DNA of 64,000 bases from Octopus vulgaris. Taxonomy: Eukaryota. The DNA is taken from positions 121,582,001-121,646,000 of the forward strand of contig OX597819.1 of NCBI GenBank assembly GCA_951406725.2, written 5' to 3'. The number at the start of each line of letters is the position of its first letter. Positions within the stretch are counted from its first letter, which is position 1. A program made the position numbers and the translations under genes. Positions 25,828 to 39,079 of this stretch are shown here, in pieces. Under the pieces are notes generated by a model that had not been told where the DNA came from, did no database searches, and was given only the letters and a program-made list of their open reading frames with translations.

Positions 25828-26406
25828 AAGAAGCTGGTGTTTCACACATAAATTAACATGAAATTATGATGAAAGGTTTTAATTTAGATAACTTAAACCA
25901 TTTTGTTACCATATTTCTGGTGAAATACACAGCCGTTAATTCAATTAATTTCCCGAATAACGAAGGATTTAGTAAAACATCTATGTCATTATTAAACTGA
26001 CATTTTGAACATAAATCAACACAAAATTTTGATGGAAGTATTTAATTTAGCTCATTCTAATCCATACCATATTTCTGTTAAAATACTCATCTTTTAATTC
26101 AATTAATTTTTTAAATAATGATGTATTTAGTATGCTGGTGCATGGAACATAAATTAACAGGAAACTTCTGAAGAAAGTTTTAATTTAATTTGATTTAATT
26201 TAATTTTACCACTTTTTACCTTTTAACATTCATATTATTCTGTCAAATGAATATTTTTTTTTTTTATTCACATTATTTTGAATTAATCATATATGATCAT
26301 GTAGCTTTGAGATTTTCATAATGCGATAGTTTAATTTGTAATTTTTAAAATGACATTGTGAGGTAGGTGTGAAAAGCTGGCTGGTCACAACACAAAACAG
26401 GTAGAA

Positions 26407-26857
26407 TATTTGGGCCAGATATGGCCCTTTTCAATGCTACAGATTTAGAATAGGAAGTTCGTATCATAGGGCGCCGGATGAGTCTAAAAGCTGCAGCGGG
26501 CCCACCCATCGCCGCTGCCCCTCTCGTCTGCCATCCGCCGTAGCCACCGACCAAAACCGGCCCCTTTCGTTTTGACCCGCACCAGAGCCCATCTACGGTA
26601 TTTGGGCCAGATATGGCCCTTTTCAATGCAACAGATTTAGAATAGGAAGTTTGTATCATAGGGCGCCGGACGAATCTAAAAGCTGCAGTGGGCCCGCCCA
26701 TCACCGCTGCCCCTCTCGTCTGCCGTCCGCCATAACCGCCGGCTGAAACTGGCCCCCTTCGTTTTGACCCGCACCGGAGCCCGCCAACAGCGGTATTTGG
26801 GCCAGAGATGGCCCTTTTCAATGCAACAGATTTAGAATAGGAAGTTCGTATCATAGT
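26407..26857. repeat. A-B-A-B-A tandem structure (A ~62 bp AT-rich, B ~130 bp GC/CpG-rich)
   Basis: TATTTGGGCCAGA.ATGGCCCTTTTCAATGC.ACAGATTTAGAATAGGAAGTT.GTATCATAG starts at 26407, 26599 and 26794. B units begin GGGCGCCGGA.GA.TCTAAAAGCTGCAG. Confidence 0.9.
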
Positions 26858-27119
26858 ACCAAGGGTGGTCTTAGACAGGTTGGTTTCAAAAATGTTAACG
26901 AAGGCAAACACCAAAAGTCATAAATGAATGGTCAGAGATACGGAAATAAATGTTCTTGTCCAAATATATATTTTCTTGTAATGTCTAATAAAAGACTTTA
27001 CATTTCTATTGTTCTGTAAAACAATTTCAAACAATAGGTTTTCTTTCATTCAGTGTTTTCTTTATGGTTTAATGTTTGGTAGTCGGAATCTATTGTACCA
27101 ATTATTACATCTAGCCAAC

Positions 27120-27161
<42 letters not shown>

Positions 27162-27318
27162 CTCTGTGTGTTTGTGAGTGCATATGTGTATGTGTGCATG
27201 GAGGAGTGATGGTGTAAAGAGAGAACTTGGGAATAAATATAGAGAGAAATCATTAATATACGATTTACAAATAAAGTTATATATATACATATATTCATAC
27301 ATATATACACACACACAG

Positions 27319-27349
<31 letters not shown>

Positions 27350-27656
27350 CATATACACATATATATACATATATATATACATATACATACATATATACAT
27401 ATACATGTATATATATATATATATATATACATATACATACATATATATATACATATACTTATATATATATATGCGTATAAACATATATGCGTATATGTAT
27501 AGGGAGAGAGAGATGTAATCACACAGACACACATATGCATACCCACAGAGACACACACATGCATACATACACACATACATATATAAGCATGAAAAATTCA
27601 TAGAGTTCACCTATTTCAGTTTTTCTTTTTACTCGACAAAAAAGAAAAAGGTACTA

Positions 27657-27712
<56 letters not shown>

Positions 27713-27938
27713 GTGTATATAAAGTGGAGGCTTATGATTTTTGTTTTTTCTTTTTGTTTGCATTATTGAAAGAACTTAATGGGAACAATAGAAAATACTG
27801 CTAAAACGACAACAGAGCATAATTATAATTAGCGGATCTTGTTCAATGTTTCCTTTACATGAATCTTTCTGACAATAACACAGAGAAACATAGTCTACCA
27901 TTGTAAGCAAAGTAATAGATATATATAATAGATATATA

Positions 27939-28348
27939 GGCGCAGGAGTTTGCTGTGTGGTAAGTAGCTTGCTAACCAACCACATCGTTTGGGGTTCAGT
28001 CCCACTGCGTGGCATCTTGGGCAAGTGTCTTCTGCTATAGCCCCGGGCCGACCAATGCCTTGTGAGTGGATTTGGTAGACGGAAACTGAAAGAAGCCTGT
28101 CGTATATATGTATATATATATAAGTGTGTGTGTATATGTTTGTGTGTCTGTGTTTGTCCCCTTAGCATTGCTTTCAACCGATGCTGGTGTGTTTACGTCC
28201 CCGTCACTTAGCGGTTCGGCAAAAGAGACCGATAGAATAAGTACTGGGCTTACAAAGAATAAGTCCCGGGGTCGATTTGCTCGACTAAAGGCAGTGCTCC
28301 AGCATGGCCGCAGTCAAATGACTGAAACAAGTAAAAGAGTAAAAGAGT
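27939..28348 (+). mobile_element. SINE family A, young full-length copy
   Basis: GGCGCAGGAGT ... AAACAAGTAAAAGAGTAAAAGAG with CpGs retained. Confidence 0.9.
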
Positions 28349-28879
28349 GTATATGTGAATATGTGTGGTGGTGGTGGGTCTAGAGGAATGTGTAGGTGTG
28401 GATATGAGTGTAGGGTTGTGGTGGTCTCTAAATGTATCCGTGAGTATCAGTATGTTTGTGTGTATGTGTATGTGTTGTGTAATTGTCTCTGCGTGCCTAT
28501 ACATTAGTTTGTGCATACACACTTGTTTCTGAGTTAAACCTATTGGTATGTATAGGTGTATGTGTATATGTATATGTCTGCACGTAAATTGTACATACAT
28601 ACATACAAATATATTCTTAGGAAAAAGGAATTTAGGCATATATATTTATATACATCGGTAATCGATGCACATTCAAAGCCAGTGAACAGCAATTGACAAA
28701 ACCGGTATGACTTTGAACCACTTTAACAATTCAAAATATTGACTGTTATTCCTCTTAACAGGAAAATGAAACTCTGAGTAACAGTTTTTGTGATATATTT
28801 GCCGCCTTTTAATATATATATCAATACATACACATATATATTTATGTAAGCACACAGATATAGTTTTATAAATAAGGTA

Positions 28880-29100
28880 CTGGTGCCATGTTAAAAGTTC
28901 TGGTACTGGTGATATATAAAAAGCAGCCAGTTGACTCTGTGGAATGGTCGGAGTTAGGGAAGAGCATTCTTTTGTAGAAACCATGAGAGAAGAGACAATG
29001 GACCCTAGTGCAGTCCCTATCATTATCAGCAGCTCTGGTCCAACTGTCCAACCCATGCCAGCATGGAAAAACGGACGTTAAATGATGATGATAATGATGA
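28880..29100 (+). mobile_element. Family D-related element (old)
   Basis: GTCCAACCCATGCCAGCATGGAAAAACGGACGTTAAATGATGATG tail with a degenerate core. Confidence 0.65.
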
Positions 29101-29489
29101 TATATGTGTGTGTGAGCCTGTATGTATATATTTATATATCCATCTATCTATCTGTTTATCTGTCTGTCTATTTGTCTATCTATCTATTTATGTATCTACC
29201 GACATCCATCTCTCTCTCTGTATATATATATGTGTGTATATATATATATATACATATATATATATTACTGTGCCTTTTCCTTTGTATGAGGCCAACCATT
29301 TAAATATATCTAATACATAATATAAGTACATATACATATGTTTGTGTTTGAATGTGTGTGTATACATGTGTGTGTGTGTGTGTGTGAGAACGTGTATATA
29401 TGTATATATAAGTGTCTGTTTTATATACAACTGCACATATATAGAGATATGAAATTCAAATTCTGATTATCTTATAAAAGATTTGCTCA

Positions 29490-29524
<35 letters not shown>

Positions 29525-30249
29525 ACAGCCTCCACCACGCCACATCTTGTTGCTAATTTATTCGATATCTATTCTGCTGTTTCACATCCATTTATCAACG
29601 CAAATATATTTGTTACTTATCATTCCCCGTGTATTTATTTTTACACAATCTATTGTTTACTCTGTGGGGTTTTTTCCTAATCTCTTACTTGGCTTCATTA
29701 AAAGATGTTGGAAGCCAAAAAGAACAATCTTTACAAAATGTTCGCAATCTATGCTAACAGCAGAATGATGTCAGTGTAAATCTGACCAAAAGAAAATATT
29801 TCCCTCTGGCCTTAGATACCGAGAAGATATCTAGCATACTCCGATAAGAAGAACCATTTGTTTTTATCTGAAGTTCTACAGTTCTTTGCAAAAGGTCCTT
29901 GACACTTAATCTAGCGAGCGATAAGAACTCAGCCATTCAGATCCTAATCGTGAGAAGCCTGTCATACAACACCTCTATCTTGGAGCCAAAGCCATTACAT
30001 ATTTCAAGTGTACACCCATTACTATTGTACTGGTTTTTAGATAAGGTCCTAGAATAGAGTTTATCTCAATTTCTTATCAATGACTTATCTTAATGCTAGG
30101 TATTCACTCAATCCTAAATACATCCTGTCTGATGAAATTTTTACACACTCTTCTTGCTCTTTCTAGATTTATTTGTGATAATGAAACTAAAGTCTATTTC
30201 TGAACGGGTTTTCTTTTAAAACTTCACTCAAATAAAATAAAAACTTCCA

Positions 30250-30560
30250 CCTCCTCCTCATCACCCTTCTTTTTCTTCTTGTTCTTGTTCTTGTTGTTGT
30301 TCTTCTTCTTCCTCTCCTTCTTCTTCTTCTCCTCCTCCTCCTCCCCCTTCTTTTTCTTATTGTTCTTGTTGTTGTTGTTGTTGTTGTTCTTCTTCTTCTT
30401 CTTCTTCTTCTTCTTCTCCTTCTGCTTCTTCTTCTCCTTCTGCTTCTTCTTCTTCTTCTTCTTCTGCTTCTTCTTCTTCTTCTTCTTCTTCTCCTTCTCC
30501 TTCGTCTTCCTCTCCTCCTCCTCCTCTTCCTTCTTCCTCTCCTCCTCCTCTTCCTCCTTC
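30250..30560. repeat. (CTT)/(GTT)/(CCT) polypyrimidine trinucleotide array
   Basis: Direct observation. Confidence 0.9.
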
Positions 30561-30681
30561 TGTGTTTATATGTGTTCGTTATCTTTTAACTTAACGAAAT
30601 TATTTCTCTATAATGCAGTCGTTTCAAACGAACAACTTGAAAGACAAATTAGGGTGAGATAACTCTTAACTCGTTATTAAT

Positions 30682-30899
30682 TCTTTTCTACTCTGGGCAC
30701 AAGGCCCGAAATTTTTTGGGGAAGGGCGCCACTCAATTAGATCGACCTCAGTACCGAACTGGTACTTAATTAATCAACCCAGAAAGGATAAAAGACAAAG
30801 TTGACCTCAGCGGAATTTGAACTCAGAATGTAAAGACTGACAAATTACTGCTAAGCATTTTGCCTGGCGTGCTAACATTTCTGCCAGCTCGCCGCCTTT
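30682..30899 (-). mobile_element. Meta-domain-like SINE, full length
   Basis: Minus strand AAGGCGGCGAGCTGGCAGAAATGTTAGCACGCCAGGC...GAGTTCAAATTCCGC.GAGGTCAACTTTG..TTT.ATCCTTTC...AAGTACCAG, with tail GCCTTGTGCCCAGAGTAGAAAAGAATT. Confidence 0.85.
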
Positions 30900-30944
30900 A
30901 ATTTGTTATTTATTAAGCAGAATATGCATCTTTTATTGTCTGTC

Positions 30945-31192
30945 TTTTACTTGTTTTTGCTCACTGGACCGTGGCCATACTGGGGCATCACTTTAAAGGG
31001 CCTTGGTTACAGAAATCAACCCTGATACTTATCTGGTTATAAATCCAGATGCTTATATCTGTCAGCCCCTTTTTGTTCAACTGCTAAACTCTGGGTATGT
31101 GAAGAAACCAACACTTATTATCAAACTGTGGATGTTGGGTGGGGACAGATGCAAACACAAAGACACACACATGTATATATATATATATATAT

Positions 31193-31240
<48 letters not shown>

Positions 31241-31249
31241 GTAGAGAGG

Positions 31250-31300
<51 letters not shown>

Positions 31301-31309
31301 GTAGAGAGG

Positions 31310-31353
<44 letters not shown>

Positions 31354-31515
31354 GAGATGTAACAAGCTTCTTGCAGTTGCCATCAACCAAATTTGGTCGA
31401 TAAATATTGGTTACCCTGGGCCATAGTGGAAAACACTTGCTGAAGGTGCCATGCAGTGGGATTGAACCCAAAACCATGCAGTAGGAAAGAAACTTCTAAC
31501 CACACAGCCATGTGC
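30945..31515 (-). mobile_element. SINE family A (older subfamily) with central (ATAG)n expansion
   Basis: Tail at 30945-31170 and head at 31360-31515, separated by the microsatellite. Confidence 0.8.
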
Positions 31516-33389
31516 CTCATGTGTGTGTGTGCATGTATGTGTGCATGTTTGAGTGTGCATGCATGTGTGTGTATGCATGTGGGTATGTGTGTGTGCATGG
31601 GTGTGTATTTCTGTGTGCATGTGAGTGTATGCATGTATGTGTGTGCATGCATGTTTGTGTATCTTTGTGCGTATGTGTGTGTAAATGTGTGCTTGTGACT
31701 GTAGTTTGCAAATATATATGTGTGTGTATACGTGTGCTTATGTGTGTGTGTATGTATACACATATATGTGTATGCTGTTTGTGTATCTTTGTGTGTGTGT
31801 GTACATGAGTGCTTATGTGTGTATACATGTGTGCTTGTGTGTGTGTGTATGTATGCACATATATGTATATGTATTTATAAGCATATTCTTTTATCCTTTT
31901 ATCTAATCAGCTTTTGCATCTTATCAGTGGCTAAACGTTGATGATCTGTGATAATCTACACAAATAAAATTTCGTTTTATTCAAGTCGAACAATCTGGGA
32001 ATCTTTGCACGTTATTCCGAAAACATTATTAACACAGTCTTTGACGATATAAAGTATCTCCTAAATAAATATTCTTCCCAATTAAAGCACAAAATCAAAA
32101 AGTTGAGGGGAGGGGCAAAGTAAGTACATCAGAACCAGTACTTGACTGGTACTTTATTTTATCAACCCCAAAAGATGAAACCCTGAAGGCACATGGCCTT
32201 GTGGCTAGAGTTTTGTATTCACAATTACAAGACAGTGATTCCAATAACCAGATTTGATGGAGCACTGTGTTATTGTATAGAATACTTTATTTCATGCTGC
32301 TGTAGCCATTCACCTGTAAATGTGTTACCTGGTCTCTTATTAAGGGGCAGATGTTGTGATCTCGGTCACTTACACATCATGAAGACCAGGTAACTTGCTT
32401 TATGAGTCCTACGTCTTGAAACGGTAATGTCCAGGGCTTGATGATGTTGATGAAAAGGATGAAAGGCAAAGTTGATCTTTGAGGAATTCAAACTCAGAAC
32501 GTAAAGAACCTAAGAAATACTCTGCAGTAAAGATTTTTTGCCAACATAACATGGCAGTCCTGGTTTAGGACTAATGTTGCTGTAATTTAGCCCCAGGAGA
32601 CTTCGTCTCCAGTTGACTATACGACATGATCTGTGTCCTTATATTTGCAAACAAGGGAATCTAGCATCCCCACTCAATGTGTATCACAAAACATGTAGCT
32701 TTTGTTGTTTAGCCCTGGGACAGGTTTGATTCAACAGGCTTACAAGCTATTTTTATCTATTATTGTGTTGTTTTCATTTTCTAATGATCTAAACCCATTC
32801 CAAGCATGTCCATTGTCTTTTCTTTATTTTCCCATTCCTCGACTTTGCTTTTTAAAAAAATTTCTCCAAGTATGATTTGACGGCAATTTGGCTGCTATTT
32901 CTAACAGGCCCAGTGACCATACAGATTCTATTAAACTGCTCTCAACTAATTCAAAGCATTTTTCAGTTATTGTCTTCATGACATTACCACAGCTTCTCAA
33001 TATGTTGTCTTCCTTTAAATACACACACATACATGCATGTGTGTGTGTGTATGTGTGTGTGTGTGTGTGTTGTGTGCACGCATAGTGTATACACATTTGT
33101 GTGTGCGTTTATGTGTGATCAACAGGTACTTATTTTATTGACCTCAAAAGAATAAAAAGCAAAGTTGAGCTTAGTGGGATTTGAACTCTGAATGTTAAAA
33201 GACAGATGAAATGCCACTTAGCATTCTGTCTGGTGTTCTAACGATGCAGTCAACTCATCATCTTGGTGCCATCTGATATATTACCACAAGAATTCCAAAG
33301 ACCCCAAAAATGCTGACGCTAACAACTGTTACTCCATCAACTTGGATTGTTGTTTACTTTATCTTTTGACCTTCATCTTTTATTTACAT

Positions 33390-34365
33390 AAGTTATTGAA
33401 CTGTGGCCATACTAGAGCATCACCTGGAAGGTGTTAGTCAAAGAAATGAATTTCAGTTTTTAAATTTCTTTTGTGTTTTAGTTGGGTTTTTTTCTTCCCT
33501 AAGTTTGGTACTTATTGTGTCAGTCTCTTTTCCTAGACTGTTACATTATGGTGATGTAAACAAACCTACACCAGTTATCAGTCAGTGAGAGAGGAGTTAC
33601 AATCTCAGAGACAAAGTCACACACACACAAACACATACGCACTCACTCCCAAATACACCCCACACATATATACATGCATACACACATATATACATGCATA
33701 CACACATGCACATGGCCATACACGCTCACACCCAAATACACCCAGCCCCACCACACATACATACATATGCACACACATATACACATAGACATACACACTC
33801 ACATCCAATACAACCACCCACCCACCCACACACTCATACACATACACATGCACACACGCACACACATACACACTCACTCCCAAATACACCTACCTACTCC
33901 CCACACACATACACATGTACACACACACAGACATACACACTCACATCCAATACAACCACCCACCCACCCACCCGCACACTCATACACATACACACACGCA
34001 CACACATACACACTCACTCCCAAATACACCTACCTACCCCACACACACATACACATGTACACACACACAGACATACACACTCACATCCAATACAACCACC
34101 CACCCACACACTCATACACATACACACACGCACACACATACACACTCACTCCCAAATACACCTACCTACCCCCCACACACATACACATGCACACACACAC
34201 ACATAGACATACACACACACATCCAATACAACCACCCACACATTCACACACATTCACATGCACACATGCACATTCACACCGAAATACATGCTCCCCCCAC
34301 ACAGTGGGACTGAACCTGAAATAACACGGTTGCAAATCAAGCTTCTTACCTACACAGCCATGCCC
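33390..34365 (-). mobile_element. SINE family A with central CA-rich minisatellite expansion
   Basis: Tail at 33390-33600 and head at 34300-34365. Between them lie about four ~120-140-bp units CACTCACTCCCAAATACACC...CACATCCAATACAACCACCCAC. Confidence 0.7.
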
Positions 34366-34517
34366 ATCACTGCTGCTTGTAAAGATAAAACGCTAAGCTG
34401 ACTGCGGTGGGATTTGAACTCGGAATGCAGACAGCCATACCGAAAATCATAAGGCTTTCATTCTACCTGACCAATTCCTCTTACAATTTTGCTGTGTTGT
34501 TCGTTAGCGAATGGAAA

Positions 34518-34557
<40 letters not shown>

Positions 34558-34646
34558 CAGGTAAAAGGTAGCGTGAAAGTTGGTCTGCTGATGACTGCCA
34601 ACTGATGTCAATTGTTAATAAAAATAAAAATAATAATAACAATAAC

Positions 34647-34689
<43 letters not shown>

Positions 34690-35220
34690 CACCTGATGAT
34701 ATGATGATGGTGATGATGATGATGATGATGATTATGATGGTGGTGATGATTTTGATGCTGATGGTAGATATCGAAACGATGGTGACAATGATTATTGTCT
34801 TTGGTGGAATTTACACAAGAAATATTTATATATGCGTGTGCTGGTGTGTACGCGGTCTTATAAATGTGTGTTTGTATTTAAATATGTCTATGTATAATGT
34901 ATGTGTATGCGTGTGTGTATCTATATCTGTAAATGTTTATATATAAATATTGGTCCATTGTTGTACCACTGTTCTATATTCTGTGTATATATATATATGT
35001 AAAATTGCACACACAAATGCATACACACATACACATGCACACGTATACATAGATATAGATATATCTATATATATATATATATAGCATAGATGAAAGATAA
35101 GATCCGGAATGGAATTGTTATTTTTTCAGATATATTATATTATTATACTAGCACACATTATTATAAGACTCAAAAACAATATTCTCATCATAATTGCAAT
35201 TCAAGAAGATACATACATAT

Positions 35221-35284
<64 letters not shown>

Positions 35285-35302
35285 AACTTTATATATATAT
35301 AA

Positions 35303-35340
<38 letters not shown>

Positions 35341-36084
35341 ATATATACATACATATATGTATATATATATACACACACATATATATATATATGAAAATAT
35401 ATATACACATATATATATATATATATATATTAGACCAGAGGTAAAAAGATGAATGGATATATTTGTTTAAGAACTCTTGTTATGATTGGGTTACAATAAT
35501 GTTTTTAACTTATCTCTCATTCTTGTCTTGAAGAAAACTCACCGATATAGTATCTCCCCAATCTAAGTTTCAAGGATATTTTCACTGTCTAAAAGAACTT
35601 TAGATCGTGTGATATTTTTAAATATATTCATGATGTCTGAATGAAATTCCATCTCTTGTACCAAAAGTTAAGACTTATCATTAAGAATTATTTTTTCTTT
35701 ATTTCTTTTTGTTTGTATTTGTCTTTCTATAATATTTTCTGTTGTACAGAAGATTTTGTAGCTGTTTAAGCATTCTGAGTCTGGCTGAAGGCATCGGAAA
35801 TCTCAGTGGAATTGAAATATATTTCAAAATAAAGAAATCAAAACCATCTTTCTCGTTTGCTTTATTAACCCATTCACGACTGTTTTTCCCATAAAAATAT
35901 TGTCCATGGACCATAAAACTCTATGTCCTCTACACATTTTTTGTTCTTTTGCTGCCAAAATCCAGATTAGAATTAGGGAGGTGCACAGGGTCAGATTAAG
36001 ATCCGTTGAGGCCCTAAGCATGTAAATGTTCTTTGGTGACACAAAATGTATGTTATTTAAAATATAAACAATAATAAATTTTAA

Positions 36085-36341
36085 TGTTGTGTCTGGGGAG
36101 AGTCATTTTCTTTTTGTACCTGATAATTTAACACACTCACCAGTAAAATTTCCACTTATTTCTTGTAAAATAAACATAGAAATTTACTCTGTTGTGTCTG
36201 GGGGAGTCAAGACTATTGTAAAGGCTGCAAGAAGCAACGCGAATTTTAAGAAAATAAAAATAAGAAACAAGTGGAAATTTTACTGGTGAGTGTGTTAAAT
36301 TATAAGGCACAAAAAGAAAATGACTCTCCCTAGACACAACA
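36085..36341. mobile_element. Element with 80-bp inverted termini (MITE or Penelope-like inverted repeat)
   Basis: 36085-36164 is the reverse complement of 36262-36341 with about 4 mismatches. An extra direct copy of TGTTGTGTCTGGGG sits near 36190. It lies just downstream of a CAGGGTCAGATTAAG...GAGGCCCTAAGCA MITE-like sequence starting near 35987. Confidence 0.75.
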
Positions 36342-36507
36342 GAATATGATTCAACATATGAACTCATATAAAGAATCTTGCAAAGCAAATCCCAAAACAA
36401 TAAATTTTTATTCTTCCAAATGAAACAAAGCTAAAAGAAGGGTGGAAAAATATTGTCTATTTTCTTATATTTCCACTTTATTTATATTTATCCTTCAATT
36501 TTTTATT

Positions 36508-36708
36508 CTCTTACTTGTTTCAGTCATTTGACTGCGTACACACTGGAGCACCACATGGGAGGGTGTCAGTCGAACAAATCAACACAAAGGCTTCTTTTTT
36601 AAACCCAGGACTTATCATATCAGTGTCTTTTCCTGAACTGCTAAGTTAAGGGGAGTAAACACACCAACACTGTCAAGTGGTGGCTGGAGGACAAACACAA
36701 ACACAAAG

Positions 36709-36739
<31 letters not shown>

Positions 36740-37405
36740 CATATCAAAGCATGGTCGATGCTAGTGCTGCCCGACTGGCTCCTGTGTTGGTGGCACATAA
36801 AAAGCACCATTTGAGCATGGTCAATGTCAGTGCCACCTAACTGGCTCCCATGCCAGTGGCACATAAAAAGCACCATTCAAACGTAGTCGATGCCAGTGCC
36901 ACCTCACTGGCTCCCGTGCCGGTGGCACATAAAAAGCACCATTCAAACGTAGTCGATGCCAGTGCCACCTAACTGGCTCCCATGCCAGTGGCACATAAAA
37001 AGCACCATTCAAACGTAGTCGATGCCAGTGCCACCTCACTGGCTCCCGTGCCGGTGGCACATAAAAAGCACCATTTGAGCATGGTCAATGTCAGTGCCAC
37101 CTAACTGGCTCCCATGCCAGTGGCACATAAAAAGCACCATTCAAACGTAGTCGATGCCAGTGCCACCTCACTGGCTCCCGTGCCGGTGGCACATAAAAAG
37201 CACTATTTGAGCATGACCGATGCCTGTGTCACCCGACTGGCTCCCGTGGCGGTTGCATGCAAAAAGCATCCACTTCACTCTCAGACTGGTTGGCATCCGG
37301 TTGTAGAAACCTTGCCAGATCAGACTGGAGTCTGGTGCAGCCTTCCGGCTTACCAGTTCTCAGTCAAACCGTCCAGCCCATGCAAGCATGGAAAGTGGAC
37401 GTTAA

Positions 37406-37456
<51 letters not shown>

Positions 37457-37610
37457 GTGATGACGGGCTTCTTTCAGTTTCCATCTACCAAACCCACTCA
37501 CAAGTCTTTGGTCGGCCCATGGCTATGGTAGAAGACTCTTTCCCAAGGTATCATGCAGTTGGATCGAACTCAGAATCATGTGGTGAAGAAGCAAGCTTCT
37601 TAGTACAGAG
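36508..37610 (-). mobile_element. SINE family A interrupted at its central microsatellite by a family D element
   Basis: Tail at 36508-36745 and head at 37462-37610. Confidence 0.8.
36749..37460 (+). mobile_element. Family D element with 8 x 66-bp tandem array
   Basis: (G/A)GTGGCAC motif at 36789, 36855, 36921, 36987, 37053, 37119, 37185 and (degenerate) 37251, an exact 66-bp period. It is followed by the core and a long (GAT)n tail. Confidence 0.9.
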
Positions 37611-37719
37611 CCAAAAGTTTTCTCCTCTTCCTTTTTAATTGTGAAGTCTTTGATCAGGTCCTCACTATGGCACTATGAACATTTTTGAAATCATGTTTCC
37701 AGCCCTGAAGAACCCTTTT

Positions 37720-38085
37720 TTTAATCGAATGAATCAACCCTGCTACTTATTCTATCGGTCTCTTTTGCTGAACCGCTAAGTTACGGGAACGTAAACACAC
37801 CAGCATCGGTTGTCAAGCAATGTTGGGGGACAAACACAGACACACAAACATATACACACACACACATACATACATACATATATATATATATATATCCATA
37901 CTAGGATAATTCATTCACCTTCTTAAATATATATATATATATACACATACACGGTTTCTGTCTACCAAATCCACTCACAAGGCTTTGGTCAGCCTGAGAC
38001 TATAGTAGAAGACAGTTGCCCAAGGGGCTACGCAGTGGGACTGAACCCGGAACCATGTGGTTCATAAGCGAGCTACTCCTGCATA
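37720..38085 (-). mobile_element. SINE family A
   Basis: CTATCGGTCTCTTTTGCTGAACCGCTAAGTTACGGG ... GCAGTGGGACTGAACCCGGAACCATGTGG. Confidence 0.85.
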
Positions 38086-38534
38086 TACACATATATACAT
38101 GCATGTGTGTGTGTGTGTGATGTGCATATATATATATGTAGCATTTCTTTAATAAAAATTCTGCTACAGAAGACATACATTAAGTCAAATAAATTACTGT
38201 TTTATATGGGTTTTGTTTTTTGTCATTTTTTCTTCTCTGAAAAACAAGCAAAGAAGGAATATTTTATGTTATTTTTTTTTCCCCTGAAAAATATTTGATT
38301 TGATAATTGAATAGTTAATCTCAAATCCTACCTCCCCCCCCCCACACAAAAGCAAACCCCCACCCCCACCCAAATCTTATTGATTCATTTGCACTTTGGT
38401 TTGCATGATCACATACATATTTGTTCTCTCCCTTAACCGAAATCATGTTGTTTGTGGAGTTTCCTTGTTTTTGACACCACCACCACCATCCATCATCATC
38501 ATCATCATCGTCATTATTATTGAGAGAGAGAGAG

Positions 38535-39079
38535 CAGTGCATGCCGTGAAAGTGACACTGGGGTAAAATTGGGCCGAAGCCCACTATACCCATCACGACT
38601 ACCCGTCCGATAAGGGTACACTAGGCACATGCATCACAACCATGTGTGCGAGACTTGGTGATCTCATATCAAGATAAACAGCACATGACCTTTGCAGGTG
38701 GGGCCCAGTTAGAATTTTCTGCTGGTCGAGTAACCCATCCCACTCAGAAGGTCCCAGAATAAGGGTTGTTTAAGGATGTTGAACGAAACACCCATGTTTC
38801 CAGAGGTGAATTATCCAAACCCCAAGGAATTCCTCTCAACACATGGCTATGATGTTCACCCACTACTTCTGCTCGTGATCAGAGATGCACATATCGTCAG
38901 CCACTAAGGGACATGCTCAACTGCTTAAGGTCAAACAACTGGCAAGCAAATCTGTGGTATTGAGCAGAATATTTGTTGTAGCCCATCTTTTATACTAAGA
39001 CAAAACAATGTACATGATAACACTTCCAGTCAGTTAAGATCAGAAGCCATGAGAGCCACTGCCTGGTACTGCATCAGGA

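Noticed and set aside
26345-26914. 189-aa minus-strand ORF with internal repeats
   Set aside because: Arises from GC-rich tandem units with lengths divisible by three (192/195 bp) that include MITE-derived sequence. No protein family was recognised.
36749-37275. CRISPR-like regular array
   Set aside because: The sequences between conserved motifs are themselves repeats, not unique spacers. The context is eukaryotic and there are no cas genes.
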